A DNA stretch of 64,000 nt, taken from the NCBI GenBank assembly GCA_028293125.1, contig JAQGPJ010000079.1, positions 117,296 through 181,295 of the forward strand, in the 5' to 3' direction. The stretch comes from Verrucomicrobiales bacterium. GTDB taxonomy: Bacteria > Verrucomicrobiota > Verrucomicrobiia > Verrucomicrobiales > V1-33. The notes under the pieces are model-generated. The model saw only the letters and a list, made by a program, of their open reading frames with translations. It was not told the origin of the DNA and searched no databases. Shown here one piece after another: positions 47,341-55,210 of the stretch. Positions within the stretch are counted from its first letter, which is position 1; every line of letters starts with the position of its first letter. The translations under genes and the position numbers were made by a program.

Positions 47341-47799
47341 ATGGAACCGTATAATTTGTGCCGCTGGAAGTGGAAGGGTTCTGCGGATCCGGTTCAGGTT
47401 TACTCCTGTGCCCGTCCGGGAAGGTCATTTGGTCGGGACAAGCACGAAATTTCTGATGAGGTAGTGAAAATGTGGTTTGAAGGCCTTCCCAAGCATCGCC
47501 CGCTTACCATAATTTCACTGTTGGGTTGGAAGCCTAAAGGTAAAAATGAGTATTCTTTTTACTCGTTCAAAAGCGGTGAGGATTTTAGAGATTGGGTGGC
47601 TTGTCATATAGGTTCTGATGTCGATATGCATTGCCTGCCAACAGTGGATTTTGAGCCGGTTTCAAAGGAGATAATCGATCAAAGCAAATTGATCCTTGAA
47701 AAGGGACTGGTTGCCGGGCACTGTGTTCTTATCATGGATTCCGGCGGCCAAACGAGATCAGGAGAAGTATGTCGCGGGATGGGTCTTACCGAAGTCTGA
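47341..47799 (+). CDS. Small cytoplasmic protein with dual-specificity/PTP-like phosphatase fold signature but a Cys-to-Asp P-loop; sits in a low-GC islet
   Basis: ORF 47332..47799; ATG at 47341. The order of blocks SCARPGRS, LTIISLLG and CLPTVDFEPV, then the loop VLIMDSGGQTRSG, aligns to the (V)HCxxGxxR(S/T)G PTP loop with HC replaced by MD. The region is visibly AT-richer than its flanks. Confidence 0.5.
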   Translation: MEPYNLCRWKWKGSADPVQVYSCARPGRSFGRDKHEISDEVVKMWFEGLPKHRPLTIISLLGWKPKGKNEYSFYSFKSGEDFRDWVACHIGSDVDMHCLPTVDFEPVSKEIIDQSKLILEKGLVAGHCVLIMDSGGQTRSGEVCRGMGLTEV

Positions 47800-47826
47800 G
47801 CGCTTTCCTTTAAACCATACCCTTCC

Positions 47827-48246
47827 TCAAATCTTTCCTTTCCTCATCGAATCCATCAAGCTGTCCATGCTGCGCCAGGCGAGGGCCATGATGGAGAGGG
47901 TGGGATTCTTATCCGCATTGGAGTCAAAGGGGCCGCCGTCGGTGACAAGGAGAATTTTGACGTCCCAAGTGCGGCATTTGTCATCCACCACGGAATTTTT
48001 GGGGTCGCTGCCCATGTGGGTGCTGCCGACAATGGTGACATCCTATTCCGGGCGCGATTTCTGACTGGTGATGAGTGGCATGGCAATGGGATTTGGAAGG
48101 GCGAAGGGAAGGGCTCCGCCGCGGCTGGCCACCGCAGTCAGGGATCCTACCGCAAAACCCAAGCCCGCTGAAATGAAAAATGCTGCACCCCATTGCCGCC
48201 GACCCCCGTTGCTGCAAAGGTTGGGATCAACCCCCCAGGTTTGCAA
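47827..48246 (-). pseudogene. Remnant of a GMC-family oxidoreductase (C-terminal end plus an out-of-frame N-terminal fragment)
   Basis: Minus-strand frame ending at 47827 reads ...IVGSTHMGSDPKNSVVDDKCRTWDVKILLVTDGGPFDSNADKNPTLSIMALAWRS..., which matches the GMC C-terminal signature (H..G..MG.DP..SVVD....V..L.V.D.S.FP....NPT.TI.ALA). An in-frame stop lies at 48043-48045. Upstream, ORF 48043..48246 in another frame carries an RR-containing hydrophobic N-terminus. The total of about 140 codons compares with the ~500+ aa typical of the family. Confidence 0.45.
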
Positions 48247-49697
48247 TGTCTGTCAGTGTATTTTTATATTTGGCCCGTGGTGTGTCCGGAACAGAAAAAG
48301 GCGATGACCCTGCGGCAGGGAGACGGAAATTGGCTGGAGGGAAGGGCAGGGCGCCCGTTTGGCCAGGACTGCGGGCAGTGGCTTGGACCTTGCTGGCCGG
48401 GCTGGGGGGACTGACAATGACCTCGTGCCGGAGCACCGGGGGATCAGGGGACGGCACCGGCACTCCTCCCAACGTGGATTTGACGGTGAAGCCGTGGTTT
48501 CCCCCCGTGGTGCGCCAGCAGGGAAACAGCTGCGCCCAGCAGGCCGGGTTGTACTATCTGCTGACGGCGGAGTGGAACCGGCAGCGGGGCCTCTCATCCC
48601 GCCATTCCCCGGCGTCGCGGCTTTCTCCCTACCAAAGCTACGCCATGCTCGCCGACAACCAGGCGGCGGGAACCCATGTGGAGGACGGCTGGCAGCTGGC
48701 GGGGTCCATGGGCGTGCCTCTGGAGTCGGAGGTCCCGCGCGGCGGCTCCGCGCTGATGCACGGTTTTGACAAATATGTGAGAGCGGCCTCCCGGAAACCC
48801 GACCGCTGGCAGTACTGGCCGATGCGCGCCGCCGGGGATTTGCCGGCGGTGAGAAAGCTGCTGGCCTCGGGACACCCTCTGGCATGTGATTTTCAAATCC
48901 GGGGGGCCAAACTGGTGAAACTGCCGGACGGCCGCGGCACCCTGGTGAAGGAGTGGGGCACCACCGGCCCTGGGCACACGATGGTTTATGCCGGTTATGA
49001 CGAGTTGGTGGGCTGGGATTTCAACGGCGACGGGAAAATCACCAACGACATTGACATCAACGGTGACGGCAGGGTGACGCTGGCGGACTGGGAGCGCGGG
49101 GCGTTTCTGATGGTCAATCCCTGGGGGCCCGGCTGGGCCACGGGCGGCAAAGCCTGGGTGCCGTGGCGGACCCATGCGCAGGCCGGATGGCCGAGGGCTT
49201 GGGAGGTGGCGTCGGTGACGGCGGCGTCTTCCGACAAGCCGCCGCGCCTGATGCTGAAACTGCTGATCCAGCTCCGCGACCGCGGCAGCCTGATCATCAC
49301 GGCTGGCACCGGCGGACGGGAGGCCACCCGGCCAGACCGCACCGTGCAGCCTCCGCCTTTCCGGGCCATTCCCCTGCCACTGACGCACTCCGGCACCCCC
49401 GGCGCGTGGGAGGTGTTCGCCCGCACCCGCCGCTCCGGCCCTTTCCTGGCCTCCGGGCCGCTGGCGGCCCCCGGCGGTGGACCGGTGGAACTGGGGCTGG
49501 ATGTGTCGGACCTGGAGAAAAACGAGGGTCGCTTTTTCTTGGAACTCAGCGCCGCCGGTGGTGGAGCGCTGGACGGCACACTGATCAAGGCATCCGTGGT
49601 CACGCTGGACCGGAGTGGACGTGTGAAAGAGGAAATTCCCTTCACCGACCTGCCCGCACGGGTTCCACGCAGTGGAGGGCGGTGGGTTTCACCTTAG
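48246..49697 (+). CDS. Papain-like (C1 family) cysteine peptidase lipoprotein with a Ca-binding-loop insertion and a C-terminal extension
   Basis: ORF 48180..49697. The start is uncertain: ATG 48246, or TTG 48330 just before the signal peptide ...LRAVAWTLLAGLGGLTMTSC. Catalytic blocks QQGNSCAQQAG (Gln/Cys), GPGHTMVYAGYD (His) and VNPWGPGWATGGKAWV (Asn-x-Trp-Gly). Insertion FNGDGKITNDIDINGDGRVTLAD. Confidence 0.75.
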   Translation: MSVSVFLYLARGVSGTEKGDDPAAGRRKLAGGKGRAPVWPGLRAVAWTLLAGLGGLTMTSCRSTGGSGDGTGTPPNVDLTVKPWFPPVVRQQGNSCAQQAGLYYLLTAEWNRQRGLSSRHSPASRLSPYQSYAMLADNQAAGTHVEDGWQLAGSMGVPLESEVPRGGSALMHGFDKYVRAASRKPDRWQYWPMRAAGDLPAVRKLLASGHPLACDFQIRGAKLVKLPDGRGTLVKEWGTTGPGHTMVYAGYDELVGWDFNGDGKITNDIDINGDGRVTLADWERGAFLMVNPWGPGWATGGKAWVPWRTHAQAGWPRAWEVASVTAASSDKPPRLMLKLLIQLRDRGSLIITAGTGGREATRPDRTVQPPPFRAIPLPLTHSGTPGAWEVFARTRRSGPFLASGPLAAPGGGPVELGLDVSDLEKNEGRFFLELSAAGGGALDGTLIKASVVTLDRSGRVKEEIPFTDLPARVPRSGGRWVSP

Positions 49698-49722
49698 GCG
49701 ATGAGCACGGGGCTCCTGCCCG

Positions 49723-50490
49723 TCATCCCTGATGAATGACCGACAAAAGCTGTCCCAGCGGTCCCGTGCCTGACTGATTTGCCATTTTTCGCATCAGTTC
49801 CCGCCACCGATCATGGCGCATTTCGGTCCAAGTCAGACCAAGCAGCCAAGGGACGGTCCGGTAGTGTGGGTCGTGTTTCACCCGGTGTTCCCGTTCCGCA
49901 TTCTCTTCCTCCGACAGCCATGCCGCCAGTTCGGCCTCTTTGGAAACCTCCATGGAAGGATCGAGCAGATAAGCGGCGGCGGCGATGGCCAGAGCAAAGA
50001 ACGGGCGCTCCTCCTCACAGTCGCTGCGAAGACCCTCAATACGCCACAGAAGAAACCCCCCGGTGGCTTTCAGGGCGTCATCCCCCATCATCATGGCGGA
50101 GCCCATCAGCTGGATAAGTGTGACATTGTGTGGCTCAAAAGTGGGCGATGCCAGAAGGACCGCGCAGCAAAAGGCGCGCATTTGATGGCCCCGGAGAACA
50201 CTTGGCGCATCCGGACATCCGGAATTAGGATCATTGGGCTCCGACCAGCGCACCAGTTCCAGAACCTCTCCAGGATACCAGACATCCATCTCACCGACTT
50301 CATTTCCCTCCCGGATGGGTTTCAGCGCCGCCAGATGGGTCTCCGCCCCGTCGATGTAATCCGCCTGGGCGATCTCCAGCAGCATCCCCTCATCCACAAA
50401 CCGTCTGAAATACTCCACCGCCGCCTGTTTGTCAGGAGAAAACACCTCCCTGAGCCATGCGGGTATCTGAACTGGTTGCGTTTCTAACAT
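49723..50490 (-). CDS. Hypothetical cytoplasmic, predominantly helical protein
   Basis: ORF 49723..50604; ATG at 50490 avoids overlap with proB. No motif recognised. Coding-like composition, and no better alternative on the other strand. Confidence 0.55.
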   Translation of the reverse strand: MLETQPVQIPAWLREVFSPDKQAAVEYFRRFVDEGMLLEIAQADYIDGAETHLAALKPIREGNEVGEMDVWYPGEVLELVRWSEPNDPNSGCPDAPSVLRGHQMRAFCCAVLLASPTFEPHNVTLIQLMGSAMMMGDDALKATGGFLLWRIEGLRSDCEEERPFFALAIAAAAYLLDPSMEVSKEAELAAWLSEEENAEREHRVKHDPHYRTVPWLLGLTWTEMRHDRWRELMRKMANQSGTGPLGQLLSVIHQG

Positions 50491-50600
50491 GCGGCGATGA
50501 CGGGTGGGAGGTGGAACCGTGATGCCCCGCGTTCCGGATGAGGGCGTTTGGCTGCTGGCGGAATTTTGTGGGAAAATAGGGCTTCTGACCAGAGGCCCGC

Positions 50601-51386
50601 TCACGCTCGTCCTGACGGCAGAAACCGGGTGCCGATGCCGCCGCCGGCGACCAGATCCGGGATCTGCTCCGGGCGGCGGCCGTTGGCGATGATGGTCTCC
50701 ACGCCGGCGGTCACCGCGCGCTCCACGGCGCGCAGCTTGCTGGCCATGCCGCCGACGCTGTATTCGCCTTTCTCATCGCGGGCGAAGGCGAGGACCTCCT
50801 GGATGTCCGGCACGGTCTCCACGATTTTTTCGCTCTCCCCCGGAGGCAGCAGGCCATCGACGCTGGTGAAGAGGATCAGCAGATCCGCGCGGGCGATCAC
50901 CGCCAGACCGGCGGAAAGCGTGTCGTTGTCCCCGAAGCGCAACTCCTCGGTGGCCACGGAGTCGTTCTCGTTGATGATGGGGATCACATTGCCGCGCTCC
51001 AGCAGGCTGGTCAGGGTGTTGCGGAAGTTCTGCTGGCGGCCGGGATCGGCGAAATCGCCGTGCGTGACCAGCAACTGTCCCACATGCAGGCCGCACGCTC
51101 CCAGCAGGGTGGCGTATTTGTTCATCAGCCGCGTCTGGCCTACGGAGGCGCAGGCCTGGAGCACGCTGGTGGCTTCCGGGCGTTTGGCGAAGCCCAGCGG
51201 CTGCAGCCCGGCGGCGACGGCCCCGCTGGTGACCACGATGACCTCATGCCCCTGCTGGCGCAGAATGGCGATGGCTTGGGTCAGCCGGGCAAACTGGCTC
51301 TCGTCCAGAGCGGCGGTGCCGGGCCGGGTAAGGATTCCGGAACCGAATTTGATGACCAGACGGCGGGCGGGGGAGATCATGCGCAA
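50601..51386 (-). CDS. proB: Glutamate 5-kinase (short form without PUA domain)
   Basis: RRLVIKFGSGILT, VIVVTSGAVAAG, IPIINENDSVATEELRFGDNDTLSA and SVGGMASKL are all characteristic ProB blocks. Confidence 0.9.
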   Translation of the reverse strand: MRMISPARRLVIKFGSGILTRPGTAALDESQFARLTQAIAILRQQGHEVIVVTSGAVAAGLQPLGFAKRPEATSVLQACASVGQTRLMNKYATLLGACGLHVGQLLVTHGDFADPGRQQNFRNTLTSLLERGNVIPIINENDSVATEELRFGDNDTLSAGLAVIARADLLILFTSVDGLLPPGESEKIVETVPDIQEVLAFARDEKGEYSVGGMASKLRAVERAVTAGVETIIANGRRPEQIPDLVAGGGIGTRFLPSGRA

Positions 51387-51447
51387 AAGGCCCGGAAAAT
51401 GAGTTGCGAAATGATTTTGTAAAGGCAGATTACCACCTGCGGCACAT

Positions 51448-51522
51448 ACTTCCGTCGTCTAATGGATAAGGCTCTGGTTTCCGGAACCAGCGATCTAGGT
51501 TCGATTCCTAGCGGGAGTACCA
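51448..51522 (+). tRNA. tRNA-Arg, anticodon CCG
   Basis: Hand-folded. Acceptor ACTTCCG/CGGGAGT (one G-U pair), D arm GTCT-AATGGATA-AGGC, anticodon stem CTGGT/ACCAG with loop TTCCGGA (anticodon CCG), T arm CTAGG-TTCGATT-CCTAG, discriminator A and encoded CCA. Confidence 0.88.
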
Positions 51523-51992
51523 CTTTTCAATTCCCCTTCAGGGAAGGAGGGAGTGGACGAAACAACTGGGAAACAATGTTTTCCCAAGCGCGCCAAACCG
51601 GGTTTCAGAACCTGTTCGGCTGAAATTGCGGCCTTGCGGCGCTGTTGCGATGGTGGCTGAATTCATCCGTATGATTCAACGACCGGCAGACCTTTGAGCC
51701 ATGGCAACGCGCGCGCTGCGGACCAAGGAATAGGATTCACGGGGCAGGCCAAAATATCAGGTGCGTCGTTTCTCAGCCCGCAAGGACTCCCTTCCGCCGG
51801 AGGCTCCACTTAATCTGCTGCGGAATCATCCGTGCCCGGAAATCCAAATTCACCCGGCGGCACCGCATCCCTGACTCCGACTCCGGGCTGTCATTTCTTT
51901 CGGGGATTCACACATACGCATTGAAATTTGAGGGTGCCCCGCGCTCTTCTTGCAAAACCGTCATTTTGCGTCATGAATCGCGGTTTCTTATT

Positions 51993-52625
51993 ATGACTGA
52001 AAATTCATCCCCGTCACCCGCTTCGTCTTATCCCCCAAAGCCCCGCCTTGGCCTGCTGCCCACGCTGATCTTCAGTTCCCGCTGGCTGCAGCTCCCGTTG
52101 TATCTCGGGCTGATTGTGGCCCAAGGCGTGTATGTGATGCTTTTTATGAAGGAGCTGAAGCACCTGATCATGGATGCCGTAAACATGACCGAACAGGTGA
52201 TCATGCTGCTGGTGCTGGGGCTGATCGACGTGGTGATGATTTCGAATCTGCTGATGATGGTGATCGTTGGCGGTTATGAAACGTTTGTATCCCGCCTGCG
52301 TCTGCAAAATCACCCGGACCAGCCGGAATGGCTGAGTCATGTGAACGCTTCCGTGCTGAAGGTGAAACTGGCCATGGCGATCATCGGCATCAGCTCCGTG
52401 CATCTTCTGAAAATCTTCATCGCCGCCGGCAGTTTGGGCAGGGAAGCCTCTGCCATCCCGGGCGATCTTTCCGTTCCTCTTGCCGGAATGGCTCCCACGG
52501 CGGAAGGCGTGATGTGGCAGACCATCATCCACTGTGTCTTCATCATCTCGGCCATTGGCATCGCCTGGACGGACCGCCTGATGCTGGCCACGGCGGCGGC
52601 CAATGCTAAAGCCGCAAAGCATTGA
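51993..52625 (+). CDS. yqhA: UPF0114 (YqhA) family inner-membrane protein
   Basis: ORF 51921..52625; ATG at 51993. SSRWLQLPLYLGLIVAQGVYVMLFMKEL, IDVVMISNLLMMVIVGGYETFVS and KVKLAMAIIGISSVHLL match the YqhA family layout. Confidence 0.8.
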   Translation: MTENSSPSPASSYPPKPRLGLLPTLIFSSRWLQLPLYLGLIVAQGVYVMLFMKELKHLIMDAVNMTEQVIMLLVLGLIDVVMISNLLMMVIVGGYETFVSRLRLQNHPDQPEWLSHVNASVLKVKLAMAIIGISSVHLLKIFIAAGSLGREASAIPGDLSVPLAGMAPTAEGVMWQTIIHCVFIISAIGIAWTDRLMLATAAANAKAAKH

Positions 52626-52951
52626 ATCACTCCGAGAACCTGTTTGGTTGATAAGCTGCCGAGGTCCATACTCCTCTAAGCCGGAGCCGCTGGAAAGGAT
52701 TGTAAACGGCCTGCCACAGTGGGGAATTCACGGGGTGCTGCTGCCATTGGCAGACAGTTTTCCTGAAACAAAGGAGGTCGTTGATGATTTTCCTCATGGA
52801 GCGACAGCGGACCGCTTCATGCGGATCAGGACAGACAGTGAACTGCTTGATCGGAGCTCATGGAGCGTCGTTGAGATCAGTCGGATAATCCATGCTCCAA
52901 AGTAACCGACCAGGCAAATTGGAGGATTCAGCCAAGCAGTTGCTCAGAGTA

Positions 52952-53617
52952 TCAGAGTCCGATTTTTTGCTTTTTTTCCAACTCCCGGTCCGCGGCTTCG
53001 ATTTGCTGCGCCAAACGCTCAGGCCGCGTGGATTGCTCCAGCACCTCGATGGTGGGATCGTCGTCGGATTTGATGTCCAGCTTTTCGGCAATCCGCGTAA
53101 GCAGCAGCAGCATTTTGGTGTTCTCCTGCTCCGCCAGCAGGTTCACCTGAAGATCCAGATGGTTGCGGCGCTCGCTGAGCCGCGTATCCATGTTCTGACT
53201 GATCAGGATGAAGGTGGAGAGGAAAATGGCCTCCAAGGAAACCACGAGCGTCAGAAAGGTGAAGGGAAAAGCGTCGAAATGGAACAGTCCAGGAATGGTG
53301 TTCCAAACAATCCAGCCTCCGAACCATGCCACGTGGACCCACACAAACGCCATGCTGCCGCAAAACCGGGCCACTGCGCTGGAAATGCGGTCCGCCCACG
53401 TGCGGTGTGACCGGGCGCTTTCCTCGAGCTTGATGATGGCCTCGACATTTTGACGCGTCATGTCATCCACCGATTTGGGCCGGTGATAACCTGATGGCTT
53501 TTTTTCAGCACAGCCCGATGACAGCCCGTCCTCCGTTTTAGTTTCAAGAGGAGAGCCGTCGGATTGCCGGGAAGAATTCATAAATCCTGAACGATGCTGA
53601 TGCCCCGGCTTTCCCAT
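52952..53617 (-). CDS. DUF1003 family membrane protein
   Basis: Core FCGSMAFVWVHVAWFGGWIVWN...FDAFPFTFLTLVVSLEAIFLSTFILISQN...RRNHLDLQVNLLAEQE is typical of DUF1003. Confidence 0.8.
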   Translation of the reverse strand: MGKPGHQHRSGFMNSSRQSDGSPLETKTEDGLSSGCAEKKPSGYHRPKSVDDMTRQNVEAIIKLEESARSHRTWADRISSAVARFCGSMAFVWVHVAWFGGWIVWNTIPGLFHFDAFPFTFLTLVVSLEAIFLSTFILISQNMDTRLSERRNHLDLQVNLLAEQENTKMLLLLTRIAEKLDIKSDDDPTIEVLEQSTRPERLAQQIEAADRELEKKQKIGL

Positions 53618-53672
53618 GGATAGGGATCCATTTTTGGAAAAGTCCGGGGCAGCCGGCGTTTAATCCGCGCTT

Positions 53673-54122
53673 TTACGCATGGGCGCGTGCCCGCAGGAAG
53701 TGATCAGGAATATCATGGCTCGGAACGCGGGCCAGATTTTTAGGAAGATTGATCCGCAGACGGTTGACGAGTCCATCCGGGAGGTGCTCCAGAATGGAGC
53801 CATTGATCTCCGCAGGGGCGGCAAAGCCCCAAAGACCGGTGTTTTCCCCCAGCACCTGCTGGATGCGTTCGCCAATATGGCGGCAGCAGCGCATTTCCAG
53901 TTCCGCCGCCAGCTGCGGACGCTCAGTGGCGCCATGAATGTTGCCGGTTGCTCCCGTTGTCTGACGGGAACCGGGTTTATCGGTGACCTGTTCACTGATT
54001 CTCTCCACTCCCTCTGAAAAGGTGGCATGGTCGATCACCTCAGGTCCGGCATCGGGATGCAGACGGTAGGCGACAAAGTGACCACGATCGGTAACGATCA
54101 GAATGGGAGGCAGTGTGTTCAT
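53673..54122 (-). CDS. Host-attachment-protein family (PF10116-like) protein
   Basis: ORF 53673..54185; ATG at 54122 (MNTLPPILIVTDRGHFVAYRL). Later blocks ERPQLAAELEMRCCRHIGERI and LWGFAAPAEINGSILEHL fit the family pattern as I recall it. Confidence 0.6.
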   Translation of the reverse strand: MNTLPPILIVTDRGHFVAYRLHPDAGPEVIDHATFSEGVERISEQVTDKPGSRQTTGATGNIHGATERPQLAAELEMRCCRHIGERIQQVLGENTGLWGFAAPAEINGSILEHLPDGLVNRLRINLPKNLARVPSHDIPDHFLRARAHA

Positions 54123-54184
54123 GTTTCTCAGGCGTTGTCGGTTAACAGGAGTGAATTTAGCGGGTTGGGCTTTACTTGCAGGCA

Positions 54185-54835
54185 TTAAAAGGTCCGCACC
54201 AGACCGACCATGGCACCGGCGGAGTTCAGGCCGCTGTCGCGTTCGGCGTCGCCGAAATTGGTGATATAGCGGTAGCTGCCCTCAACTGTGGCACCCCACC
54301 GTTCATTGAATTGATAACGCAGGCCGACAGAGGCTTGGAAATTGAACTCAAAGGACTGACCAAGAAAGGATTGCGAGCGGTCCTTGTAAACATCGTTCCA
54401 CAATCCGCCGGCACCCACCTGAAGGTAGGGAATCCATTTTTCATCCTGCGGGACGAAATTATAGCGCAGCAGCAGGGAGCCGCCCGCCAGCCAGTCGCCC
54501 GGGCCTTGAAAGACGGAGGAGTAAAAGCCCTCGACCAAAAGTTCCGAATTACCCCGCATCCAACCCTCACCCTTCACATCGGTGAGCATAATGCCCAGAC
54601 GGTAGGTGGTGTTGAAGAAGTCGAGATTTCCACCGTCCGATGCATCCGTGGCAAAGGACCAGAACGCTCCGGTGCCGCTTTGCAGCTCAATGCGTCCCGC
54701 GTTGAAGATGGAGGTGCCGGGCAGCATCTGGGAAACGGCCGGTGAAGGGGGTATGGCGGGCGTGCCGGCAGTGCTGGTTCCGCAGGCGGCGGCGAGCAAA
54801 AGAGAAGGAAGAAGCGTGGCAGGGATGGATTTCAT
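54185..54835 (-). CDS. Small outer-membrane beta-barrel lipoprotein, PagL/acyloxyacyl-hydrolase-like
   Basis: Signal/lipobox LLLAAAC. About 8 amphipathic strands. Ends ...GAMVGLVRTF (C-terminal Phe). PagL-like block GATVEGSYRYITNFGD...GLNSAG. Confidence 0.55.
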   Translation of the reverse strand: MKSIPATLLPSLLLAAACGTSTAGTPAIPPSPAVSQMLPGTSIFNAGRIELQSGTGAFWSFATDASDGGNLDFFNTTYRLGIMLTDVKGEGWMRGNSELLVEGFYSSVFQGPGDWLAGGSLLLRYNFVPQDEKWIPYLQVGAGGLWNDVYKDRSQSFLGQSFEFNFQASVGLRYQFNERWGATVEGSYRYITNFGDAERDSGLNSAGAMVGLVRTF

Positions 54836-55080
54836 TCGTTGGATTGACCCTAATCTTCTGCACAGGATATGCCATCAGGTTTTGCCCCGGAGAAGTCTTC
54901 CGTCCGGCCATTAAAAGCCGCGCATTTTGCCCGATACCGAAAGGTTTCTCCGCAAAATGCGGGATTGCAAAACAACCGCAGCCTGTTTATTGGCTTCCAC
55001 CACTATCCGACTGCAAATCGGAATTCATGGGTATGGCCGGTGCCGGAAGGGGACTTTCCGGCCAAAAGCGTCAGGGATAC

Positions 55081-55098
55081 CCATTCCCATTCCCATTC
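55081..55098. repeat. Hexanucleotide microsatellite (CCATTC)x3
   Basis: Read directly: ccattc ccattc ccattc cc, inside the 375-bp spacer between the PagL-like gene and gatB. Confidence 0.8.
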
Positions 55099-55210
55099 CC
55101 TTTTCCCAATGCCTTATTATCCCAGCTTCCGGGCATTGCTGCGGCATTTTTGAAAAACACCCCGGTTCTTTAATTCGGCGCTGAATCTGGCTGCTGTTCC
55201 CGGCCGGACT

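Noticed and set aside
52603-52905. 100-aa ORF between yqhA and the DUF1003 gene
   Set aside because: It overlaps the yqhA 3' end, has no recognisable features and sits in a convergent intergenic region. It is possibly real, but the sequence alone does not support it.
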